This document shows, piece after piece, positions 20,288 to 28,755 of a DNA stretch of 61,970 nt. The position numbers and the translations under genes were made by a program. The first letter of the stretch is position 1. Each line of letters starts with the position of its first letter. Under the pieces are notes generated by a model. That model saw nothing but the letters and a program-made list of their open reading frames with translations, searched no databases and was not told the origin of the DNA. This DNA comes from Emcibacter sp. (GTDB taxonomy: Bacteria > Pseudomonadota > Alphaproteobacteria > Sphingomonadales > Emcibacteraceae): assembly GCA_021774875.1 (NCBI GenBank), contig JAJFIP010000032.1, positions 1 to 61,970 on the forward strand. The letters are read 5' to 3'.

Positions 20288-23101
20288 ATGTCAGATCAAT
20301 CCTCAACGCTTTTGGCCAAGCTATCAAGCGAATTGGAAGAATGTCGTCTTTTATCATTAGAGACACCTTTGGTAAATCCCTATCAGCAGATGTCATACCG
20401 CCTTTTGAAACGGATGAAGGCAGGGCAAATAACACCTTCAGAGATCGACCATATGGTGGGCGAGCTTTCCGAGCAGGGTCTATTAAGTCGGGGCAGGCGA
20501 GCGCGAGCCTATCTTCATGAAACCGATAAACAAGAAAATCAGTCTCGACTTGGCGATTGTTTTCGAAAAATAAGCAAGGGCAAATCATTTGCTGATTTTC
20601 AGATGATTGTCCAACGGGAACTGGTGGGCATCGTCATTACCAGTCACCCTACTTTTGGCTTCAGCAGCGCACAATATGACATGCTGGCTGGACTGATTGA
20701 TGGCTCGCTGACTTCTGAGCAGGCGATTATTAAAATTAATGCTTGCAAAGATCGCCCCGATGAAGGCCTGACACTGGATTATGAATTTGACCAGTCTGAA
20801 CAAGCCTTGCTCAATCTTCAGCAGGCAATTATCTGTCTCTATGAAGTGGTGCTTAAGGTGGTACGGGATGTCTATCCCAATGACTGGAAAAAACTCGATT
20901 TGAAACTTGTCACATCAGCCAGCTGGGTTGGTTTTGATGTGGATGGCAGAGATGACATTACATGGATGGATAGCGTCAAATACCGCACCAGAATGGCCCA
21001 TCGTCAGTGTGAGATTTATCTATCGCGCTGGCGGGGAAAAAACAAAATTTCTGAGTTGTTGCAACAGCTTGCAGATATGTTCGCCAATGATCTAAAATAT
21101 ATTCCTGCTGATGGTCATAATACAAAGGCAGTACGGGACTTTGCCCGTCATATGGCTAAAAGCCGGGCATCCGCTGTTGATATTCCGTCCCTGATACTGG
21201 ATGAGTTAGATAAATTAATCGGTCTAGCAAAAGATGATGAGATTGATGAATTAATTATCTTTCGGGTAATTTTTGTTAATTTCCGTTGTGGTTTCTCCCA
21301 TATTCATTTCCGGCTCAATGCAGTGCAGTTGCATAATGCAATCCGGCCTATGGTGGCTTTGGAAAAAGACCCGGATGATGCCACAAGCCGAAGACGTTAT
21401 ATGACAGCGGCTAGCAAGCTGTTGAATCATATTACCGCGCAAACCGTTGGCTATGAGACAATCCTGCATGAGCAGACCACAGCCAAGCGGTTATTCATGA
21501 TTGTGGCTCAGTTTCTGAAATATATTGACCCCAAAACTCCCATACGGTTTTTGATTGCGGAGTCTGATACACCGTTCACGGTGTTGGCAGCATTATGCTA
21601 TGCCAAGTTGTTCGGGGTCGAGGATAATGTGGATATTTCGCCTTTGTTTGAAACTGATCAGGCTCTGGTACGAGGTGCCGAAGTGATTGAGGAATTACTG
21701 GAAAATCCCCATTATTTTGCCTATATCAAAAAGCGCGGACGGCTGTGTATCCAGGCTGGTTATTCCGATGCGGGCCGCTATCTTGGGCAGGTGGCAGCAG
21801 GCCTTGCCATTGAGCGGTTACGGATAAAGCTCGCCAAACTATGGCGTAAATTTGACCTGAGTGATGTAGAACTGGTGATTTTTGATACCGGTGGGGAAAG
21901 TGTCGGGCGGGGGGCTCATCCGGATGGCTTTGGAGGTCGGCTGGATTATATGCATACGCCGGAAGCGCGTCGTCTGGTTAAAAAATACAATATTGCCTAT
22001 AAACAGGAATTCAGTTTGCAGGGCGGGGATGGTTATCTCTGGCTGCATACACCTGAACTTGCCTTCGCCACATTATGTCGGGTGATGGAAAATATACTGC
22101 AACCGGTGGATGAAATACCGGACCCTTTTTATAAAAATATAGACTGGTCACTTGATTTTTTTCTTACCGTTAAAAGTTATAATAATACGGTTGCCGAGGA
22201 TCCGGACTTTATGAAGTTGATTTCCATACTGGGTACGGAAATTTCCTATCCTTCAGGCTCACGCATGACCATTCGGCAGGACGAGGGTGTGGTGAGCCGC
22301 CCCCTGAAAAAACTATCCCAGATTCGGGCGATTCCCAATAACATGCTACTGCATCAACTGGGCTATCTGGCTAACAGTCTGGGTGGTGTTGGTACGGCAA
22401 TAGCGCAGGATGGTCATGGTTTCTGGAAAATGTATGACGGGTCACTGCGCCTGCGTCATATCATGAAGATGGTCAGTGCGGCTATTGATGTGACCGACGA
22501 AGATTTTCTCGGAGCCTATACTGCTCTGTTCCGGCCCCGCTACTGGATGCATTCAGCTCGTTATGAGGATGAAAGCCATGACCATGACCGTATGCTCAGG
22601 CTGGCCAAATTGATAAAAAAACATGGTGTATTTGAAGGATTAAACCGAATTGAATTTACCCTGCGCCAGGATTTGATGTACTTACGAGACGGGATGAAGG
22701 AACGTGATGTGTCACCGGCACCCTATAGTCTGGATTCCGAAGAACGTGGCCACTATGTCCTGCTCCATGTGGTGCGTATGGCCCTGATCCAGAGGATATT
22801 CCTGCTGATCACCCGGATTCCGCGCTTCCGGGATCATAAGGGATTGAGTGTGGATGATCTTATCCTGCGGATTCTGCGATTTCAGATTTCTCCGACGCTG
22901 TTATTACTGCGCGAGATTTTTCCGCTGGAAGGGGCATACGAGATCGACCCTGATAATCCCGAGAAAATAAGTTTTTCCAGCGATGATAATCATGGTTATA
23001 AATATGAAAATAAACAAATATTTGATGAAATTGAAATACTCTATAATCAGATCAGAAAAATATCGCAATCTCTTTCCGCTCATATTGGGGCCATTGGATA
23101 A
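20288..23101 (+). CDS. ppc: Divergent phosphoenolpyruvate carboxylase-like protein
   Basis: ITSHPT, SWVGFDVDGR, SPLFET, GYSDAGR, ESVGRGA, RAIPNN appear in PEPC order; 937 aa. Confidence 0.75.
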   Translation: MSDQSSTLLAKLSSELEECRLLSLETPLVNPYQQMSYRLLKRMKAGQITPSEIDHMVGELSEQGLLSRGRRARAYLHETDKQENQSRLGDCFRKISKGKSFADFQMIVQRELVGIVITSHPTFGFSSAQYDMLAGLIDGSLTSEQAIIKINACKDRPDEGLTLDYEFDQSEQALLNLQQAIICLYEVVLKVVRDVYPNDWKKLDLKLVTSASWVGFDVDGRDDITWMDSVKYRTRMAHRQCEIYLSRWRGKNKISELLQQLADMFANDLKYIPADGHNTKAVRDFARHMAKSRASAVDIPSLILDELDKLIGLAKDDEIDELIIFRVIFVNFRCGFSHIHFRLNAVQLHNAIRPMVALEKDPDDATSRRRYMTAASKLLNHITAQTVGYETILHEQTTAKRLFMIVAQFLKYIDPKTPIRFLIAESDTPFTVLAALCYAKLFGVEDNVDISPLFETDQALVRGAEVIEELLENPHYFAYIKKRGRLCIQAGYSDAGRYLGQVAAGLAIERLRIKLAKLWRKFDLSDVELVIFDTGGESVGRGAHPDGFGGRLDYMHTPEARRLVKKYNIAYKQEFSLQGGDGYLWLHTPELAFATLCRVMENILQPVDEIPDPFYKNIDWSLDFFLTVKSYNNTVAEDPDFMKLISILGTEISYPSGSRMTIRQDEGVVSRPLKKLSQIRAIPNNMLLHQLGYLANSLGGVGTAIAQDGHGFWKMYDGSLRLRHIMKMVSAAIDVTDEDFLGAYTALFRPRYWMHSARYEDESHDHDRMLRLAKLIKKHGVFEGLNRIEFTLRQDLMYLRDGMKERDVSPAPYSLDSEERGHYVLLHVVRMALIQRIFLLITRIPRFRDHKGLSVDDLILRILRFQISPTLLLLREIFPLEGAYEIDPDNPEKISFSSDDNHGYKYENKQIFDEIEILYNQIRKISQSLSAHIGAIG

Positions 23102-23300
23102 ATCGCATTTCCCTGTCCAATATGGATCCTGCTGACAGACTTAATGTGGCATCAAAGGGAGACATTGTGATGATGAAAGTTAAAATACGGGCATTTTGGA
23201 AATATTACCAAGCTGAATTTTAATGCAAAACTGGACATTGGCGTAAATTGCTGTGTAGATTGCTGTTCAGAAACTATTTCATAAAAATGAGTTTTCCAGA

Positions 23301-24008
23301 TTGATGAATGACATTCCACTTCATGAACAGGTAATTTTACATCTTAAAAAAGCTTTGATGCAGGGCAGATTCCTGCCTGGACAAAAGCTAACTCTGCGGG
23401 CACTAGCCGAGGAACTTGGCACAAGTATAGCCCCGGTAAGAGAGGCCGTAGGTCGTCTGGCGGCCCTTGATGCGTTACGTGTTTATCCCAAGCGGTTTAT
23501 TCTTGTACCAACCTTAACAGCAGAAAAATATTTTGAATTTGTTGAAGTGAGGAAGCTCCTTGAAGGTCATGCCACCGTGCGGGCCTGCAAGAAAATGTCC
23601 GATGAGGACATAAGGGAGGTGGTGGAACTTAACAAAAGAATTAAAGCCTTTGCCAAGCAGGGGTATATGGATCAGGCTATGGAGGAAAACCAGCGGTTTC
23701 ACTTCAAGATATACCGAGGGGCTAATTCGACAGTATTACTTGAAAATATCGAACATATTTGGTTGCGTGTTGGACCAACTATTCACCAGATATTGTCACA
23801 TAAATCATCGTATGTAGGAAAAAATCATCCCATGCTGGTTTCTGAACATACACCACTCATTAATGCACTTAAAGCAAGGGATTCGGTGGCAGCTCTCAAG
23901 GCAATGAGTTTTATTATCGACCATGCCGCTGATGAAATATTAGCAGGGCTGAGGCGACAATTTGATTCATCTTCTGAAACCCTGAAAATTATTACCAAAA
24001 TAAAATAA
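23301..24008 (+). CDS. GntR/FadR-subfamily transcriptional regulator (FCD domain)
   Basis: PGQKLTLRALAEELGTSIAPVREAV winged HTH; R.LLE, N..FH and EH motifs. Confidence 0.92.
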   Translation: MMNDIPLHEQVILHLKKALMQGRFLPGQKLTLRALAEELGTSIAPVREAVGRLAALDALRVYPKRFILVPTLTAEKYFEFVEVRKLLEGHATVRACKKMSDEDIREVVELNKRIKAFAKQGYMDQAMEENQRFHFKIYRGANSTVLLENIEHIWLRVGPTIHQILSHKSSYVGKNHPMLVSEHTPLINALKARDSVAALKAMSFIIDHAADEILAGLRRQFDSSSETLKIITKIK

Positions 24009-24043
24009 TTATCGCCAATTTTGAAATATTATTTACACATATG

Positions 24044-24059
24044 AACTGTGATCACAGTT
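24044..24059. promoter_or_regulatory. Operator palindrome 1, candidate GntR site
   Basis: Perfect 16-bp palindrome AACTGTGATCACAGTT. Confidence 0.7.
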
Positions 24060-24103
24060 AGTAGATTTTCTTTAATTTTCCTCATATTCTATCATATAAA
24101 ATA

Positions 24104-24132
24104 TTGACTAAATGTAGTTATAGATATAGATA
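24104..24132 (+). promoter_or_regulatory. Putative sigma70 promoter of the catabolic operon
   Basis: TTGACT-N17-TAGATA between the two palindromes. Confidence 0.45.
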
Positions 24133-24163
24133 ATAAGTAGATCAGGCATCGTAACTCAGCATG

Positions 24164-24187
24164 ACATAATTGTAATCACAGTTATGT
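24164..24187. promoter_or_regulatory. Operator palindrome 2, candidate GntR site
   Basis: ACATAATTGTAATCACAGTTATGT; the core matches palindrome 1 at 14/16. Confidence 0.65.
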
Positions 24188-24225
24188 TTTTATAACTCAT
24201 TAAGAACAATAAGGAATTCATCAAG

Positions 24226-25131
24226 ATGAGCAAAAGAAAAGTCATTCTTACCTGTGCGGTAACGGGGAATGCAGCGGTAAACCCAAAATACCCCTATCAG
24301 TATCCCATCACCCCAAAACAAATTTGTGAAACTGTTGTTGAGGCGGCAAATGCTGGAGCATCTATAGCCCATATTCATGTCCGTGACATCGAAACGGGTG
24401 ATGGTATTCATGACGTTGAATTGTTCAGGGAAACAGTTTCCCGTATTCGGGACACCGGGGTCAATATTGTTCTCAATCTGACCGCAGGTATGGGGGCAGT
24501 ATTGCTGCCAGACCCGGAGGATGAGGCAATAGCCCTGCCGGAGAGTGAAATACTCAACGCCTATGACCGCATGGCACATCTGAAGGATTGTCTGCCGGAA
24601 ATAGCCTCTCTCGATATTACCACCGGAAATCAGGAAGAAGGCCCTTTTGAATTTGTTTATCTTAATACGACCCGAACTTTAAGACAGATGGCCGGATTAT
24701 TTCAGGAGTATGGCGTCAAGCCGGAACTTGAAGCTTTTCAGGCCGGCGATGTTCTGTTCGGCAATCAGTTGCTTAAAGAAGGTTTGATTGACGGGGTTCC
24801 CATGTATCAATTTGTTCTTGGGGTGAAATGGGCTTCTCCGGCGACAACGGAAACCATGATCTATCTTAAGAGTCTGCTACCAAATGATAAAAAAGTGGAG
24901 TGGTGCAGCTTTGGTATTGCCCGTGATCAGATGCCCATGGCCGCACAGGCTGTTTTGCTTGGGGGTAATGTCCGCGTTGGTCTTGAAGATAATCTCTATA
25001 TGGAACGAGGTGTCTTTGCCACCAACGGCAAATTGGTTGAACGGGCATACTCCATCATAGAAAATCTAGGTGAAGCCGTAGCAACACCTGATGAAGCCCG
25101 TGAAATTCTTGACCTCAAGAAAATGGGGTAA
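24226..25131 (+). CDS. Beta-keto acid cleavage enzyme (BKACE/DUF849, Kce family)
   Basis: ILTCAVTG, AHIHVRD (HxH metal site), NLTAGMG, KPELEAF, VRVGLEDN. Confidence 0.93.
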   Translation: MSKRKVILTCAVTGNAAVNPKYPYQYPITPKQICETVVEAANAGASIAHIHVRDIETGDGIHDVELFRETVSRIRDTGVNIVLNLTAGMGAVLLPDPEDEAIALPESEILNAYDRMAHLKDCLPEIASLDITTGNQEEGPFEFVYLNTTRTLRQMAGLFQEYGVKPELEAFQAGDVLFGNQLLKEGLIDGVPMYQFVLGVKWASPATTETMIYLKSLLPNDKKVEWCSFGIARDQMPMAAQAVLLGGNVRVGLEDNLYMERGVFATNGKLVERAYSIIENLGEAVATPDEAREILDLKKMG

Positions 25132-25133
25132 AG

Positions 25134-25910
25134 ATGGCGCAAGAAAATATATCACAGAAAGTTGTCGTCACTGCTGGCGGTTCAGGTATCGGACTTGCCA
25201 TAGCCCAAGAATTTTTATCTGCCGGTGCCGATGTTTTTGTCTGCGATATATCTGCAAATGCCATAGAAACAGCCTTGGCCCAGAATCCTCGTCTAAAGGG
25301 CTGTATTACTGATGTTGGTAATTATGGTGAAGTTGAAAATATGTTTAGCCAGGTTTTTGATGCCTTTGGCACAATTGATGTCTTGGTGAATAATGCCGGA
25401 ATAGGCGGTCCTCGCGCCTTGGTCGAGGATATAGAATATGACGACTGGGATGATACCATTCGTATCAACCTCAGCGGTATGTTCTATTGCATAAAACAGG
25501 TTATTCCTGTTATGAAAAAGCAAAAAAGCGGTTCTATTATCAACATATCCACAGCCTCGGTAAAGACTGGCTTGCCCAACAGATTGCCCTATGTTGCCTC
25601 AAAAATGGGGGTTCATGGGCTTTCCCACACCCTTGCTCGTGAAGTCGGCCCCTATAATATCCGCAGCAATTGCATATTACCGGGTTTTATGGAAAACCCA
25701 CGCTCTACAGCACTTGTCGAAGTTGCTGCGCAAGAGTCTGGGAGGACTTATGAAGAAGTAGAGGCGGAATTTCTTCGGCTTATTTCAATGCGTACTAAAA
25801 TAAAACCATCAGAAATCGGTCAAATGGCAGTTTTTCTGGCGTCTGATAAGGCCAGTCACATAACAGCACAGGAAATTGCCGTAGATGGCAATATGGAATG
25901 GGAAGGGTAA
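25134..25910 (+). CDS. Short-chain dehydrogenase/reductase
   Basis: TAGGSGIG, LVNNAG, YVASK, ILPG. Confidence 0.93.
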   Translation: MAQENISQKVVVTAGGSGIGLAIAQEFLSAGADVFVCDISANAIETALAQNPRLKGCITDVGNYGEVENMFSQVFDAFGTIDVLVNNAGIGGPRALVEDIEYDDWDDTIRINLSGMFYCIKQVIPVMKKQKSGSIINISTASVKTGLPNRLPYVASKMGVHGLSHTLAREVGPYNIRSNCILPGFMENPRSTALVEVAAQESGRTYEEVEAEFLRLISMRTKIKPSEIGQMAVFLASDKASHITAQEIAVDGNMEWEG

Positions 25911-25972
25911 GGTTATCCGATAAATACTATATGGATTTGCCGAACTATTACTTTGAATATAGGGAAATATTT

Positions 25973-27196
25973 ATGATGAAGTTATACAGATTTAGTATTT
26001 TCTATTTAGTAGTTGCTGGCTATTTTACAATTGCAGCCTCGGCGTACGACGTCTCCTCAAGCGATACCGTATGGCCCGGAAAAGACTGGGCCACGTCGAC
26101 CCCGGAGGCAGAGGGGATAGACCCTGATGCCATAAACAGCCTTGTGGCAGACATTGAGGCAGGTGTCTATGGTCTGGTTGATCAATTTGTATTGATTAGA
26201 CATGGACGTATCGTGGCTGATCATAAATTTCCCCATGATTACAGGGCTATCGCGGCAAAACTTGACCCTGATAGAAAGCCACTTGGATCCGCTGGTGACG
26301 ATCAATATAATTACGATCATCCTAACTGGCACCCCTATTATCAGGAAACTAAACTCCATACACTCCAGTCAGTCACCAAGAGTGTCACCTCAGCGGCATT
26401 GGGGGTTGCCGTTACTGAGGGGTTGATAAAAGATGCTCAGGTTCCGGTAATGCCGTATTTTTCATCCTATGACCATGATCTATCTGATCCGCGAAAGTCG
26501 GACATCACTCTGGAAGATTTTTTAACCATGAGAAGCGGTATAGACTGGGTTACGACAGGCGGCTATGACAGCAATGAGCATAGCACTATCCAGCTTGAAG
26601 CATCTGAGCAGTGGATTCAGTTTATTCTCAACCGGCCTATGGAAACAAAATCAGGTGAGCGATTTGATTACAATGATGGTGTCAGTGTTTTGCTGGGTAA
26701 AATTATTCGTGAAGCGACCGGCCAACGCGCTGATAAATGGGCAAAAGAGAAACTTTTCACGCCAATTGGGATTGATGAGTTTCACTGGAAAATTACCCCT
26801 GATGGCGAGGCCGATACCGAGGGTGGATTATATCTGGCCACCCATGACCTGGCCCGCATTGGTTATCTGTTCCTGCGGGGCGGCGAATGGAACGGCAAGC
26901 GTATACTCTCCGAAGCATGGGTGAAATCATCGGTAACGCCATTTGTCTCCGATGTTGCGCCTGATAATGATCAGAATAATACTGGATATGGTTATCAATG
27001 GTGGATACCAAGTCATGAAAATGGCGAAGCAAAGATTTATTCCGGTAATGGTTACGGCGGGCAATTTATTATGGTTGTGCCAGAATATGACATTGTTCTG
27101 GCGATCAACAGTTGGAGCCTCCACGTAGATAAATTCAAATGGCCCAACAGTATATTGCAGGACATCATCATCCCGGCTTTAAAGGATGATAAATAA
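25973..27196 (+). CDS. Exported serine hydrolase, beta-lactamase/NylB-like
   Basis: Signal peptide, QSVTKS (SxxK), LTMRSG, FDYND, YGYQWW, GYGGQ; start inferred after GGGA at 25973. Confidence 0.88.
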   Translation: MMKLYRFSIFYLVVAGYFTIAASAYDVSSSDTVWPGKDWATSTPEAEGIDPDAINSLVADIEAGVYGLVDQFVLIRHGRIVADHKFPHDYRAIAAKLDPDRKPLGSAGDDQYNYDHPNWHPYYQETKLHTLQSVTKSVTSAALGVAVTEGLIKDAQVPVMPYFSSYDHDLSDPRKSDITLEDFLTMRSGIDWVTTGGYDSNEHSTIQLEASEQWIQFILNRPMETKSGERFDYNDGVSVLLGKIIREATGQRADKWAKEKLFTPIGIDEFHWKITPDGEADTEGGLYLATHDLARIGYLFLRGGEWNGKRILSEAWVKSSVTPFVSDVAPDNDQNNTGYGYQWWIPSHENGEAKIYSGNGYGGQFIMVVPEYDIVLAINSWSLHVDKFKWPNSILQDIIIPALKDDK

Positions 27197-27293
27197 AATC
27201 AGTTACTTAAATATTCAGGGGATATGCAAGCATTATATGTCGCTTGATTAGCAATGAAAATTACAGCACATCGACAAAAAGGGAGATTTAGAG

Positions 27294-28736
27294 ATGTCAG
27301 AAACGAGCGTCCATCATAAACGCGAAACACTGGAAAAAGTAATATCTTTCAGAAGTTATATCGCGTTGGGACTAGGTATTGTTGTTGGTATTGGCTGGGT
27401 TGTCTATTCAGGGCAATGGCTGGCTGATGGCGGGCCACTAGGGGCAATGATTGCCTTTCTGGTCGGAGGGCTGCTGCTTATTCCAGTAGGTAAATGTTAT
27501 GCGGAACTCACGTCAGCTATTCCTGTGGCTGGTGGTGAGGTTGCTTTTTCCTTTAAAGCATTTGGTCCATTTACCTGTTTCCTTACCGCATGGGCACTGG
27601 CGTTTAGCTATGTGATGGTTACTCCCTTTGAGACCATAGCTATTGGGACATTGCTTGAATCAATTATCCCGGCCATAGCCACAGAACCGCTTTATTATAT
27701 TGATGGTAGCAAGGTTTCCCTATCCACTATTATTCCCGGAGTCCTAATCGGGATTTATCTGATCTGGCTCAACTATAAGGGTGTTGAGAATTCAACCAAA
27801 TTTCAGTCCTATGTCATTTCTGTATTGGTTGTTTGCACTTTTGTCTTTACCGCGGTCGCCCTGGTCAAAGGGGATGTGTCAAATCTCACCCCTTTATTTG
27901 CCAGAGAAGGTTCTTTCTGGGCAGTGGCACCCGCCTCAATCGTTTCTGTTATCGTTGTAGTGCCATGGTTTATGTCAGGCTTTGATGCCATCCCCCAGGC
28001 CTCGGAAGAAGCCGGAATCAAGATGGATCCCAAACAACTGGGGACCGCCATCATTCTGACGATCATTGCCGGGGCTATTTTTTACACGCTGATCATCCTA
28101 GCTGTGGCCATTAGTGTGCCGTGGCAGGTTTCCAGCAAATTGGCCCTGCCTACCGCAGAGGTATTTGAAGTGGCTTTCGGTTATGTATGGGTAGCAAAAC
28201 TTGTGCTCATCACTGCATTATTAGGTCTTGTGACCACATTGAATGGTATGTATATCGCGGCATCCCGCATTATATTTGCCTTGGGTAGGGGCGGATTATT
28301 GCCGCACTGGTTTGCCGGGGTTCATCCTGTGCACCATATTCCAAGGAATGCCATTCTTTTTGTCGGTGGTGTCTCTCTCATAGGGCCATTTGTCGGCAAG
28401 GCCGCTATGGGCCCGATTGTTAACAGCAGTTCACTGGGTTTTACCTCGGCCCTGGTCATTACCTGTCTTGCGGCCATTCGCCTGCGTAAAACAGATCCTG
28501 ATATGGCTCGGCCCTATAAAGTCCATAAGGCCCATTTATATGCCGGGGCAATAATTTCATCAATATTGGTTTTGCTGATGATATTACCGCAAAGTTCAGG
28601 TCAACTGGCGCCTAATGAATTTTTGATTATTGGTATCTGGATGGTGTTTGGTGTTACCGCATACTTTTGGCGGGTATCCAAAAAAGACATGGATCAAGAA
28701 GAAAGAAGTTACATGATTCTTGGTGATTATAAATAA
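27294..28736 (+). CDS. APC family amino acid/amine permease
   Basis: About 12 TM segments, GIVVGIG, YAELTSAIPVAGGE, ASRIIFALGRGGLLP, RPYK. Confidence 0.92.
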   Translation: MSETSVHHKRETLEKVISFRSYIALGLGIVVGIGWVVYSGQWLADGGPLGAMIAFLVGGLLLIPVGKCYAELTSAIPVAGGEVAFSFKAFGPFTCFLTAWALAFSYVMVTPFETIAIGTLLESIIPAIATEPLYYIDGSKVSLSTIIPGVLIGIYLIWLNYKGVENSTKFQSYVISVLVVCTFVFTAVALVKGDVSNLTPLFAREGSFWAVAPASIVSVIVVVPWFMSGFDAIPQASEEAGIKMDPKQLGTAIILTIIAGAIFYTLIILAVAISVPWQVSSKLALPTAEVFEVAFGYVWVAKLVLITALLGLVTTLNGMYIAASRIIFALGRGGLLPHWFAGVHPVHHIPRNAILFVGGVSLIGPFVGKAAMGPIVNSSSLGFTSALVITCLAAIRLRKTDPDMARPYKVHKAHLYAGAIISSILVLLMILPQSSGQLAPNEFLIIGIWMVFGVTAYFWRVSKKDMDQEERSYMILGDYK

Positions 28737-28755
28737 TATAAAAAGGATCAGGTTC

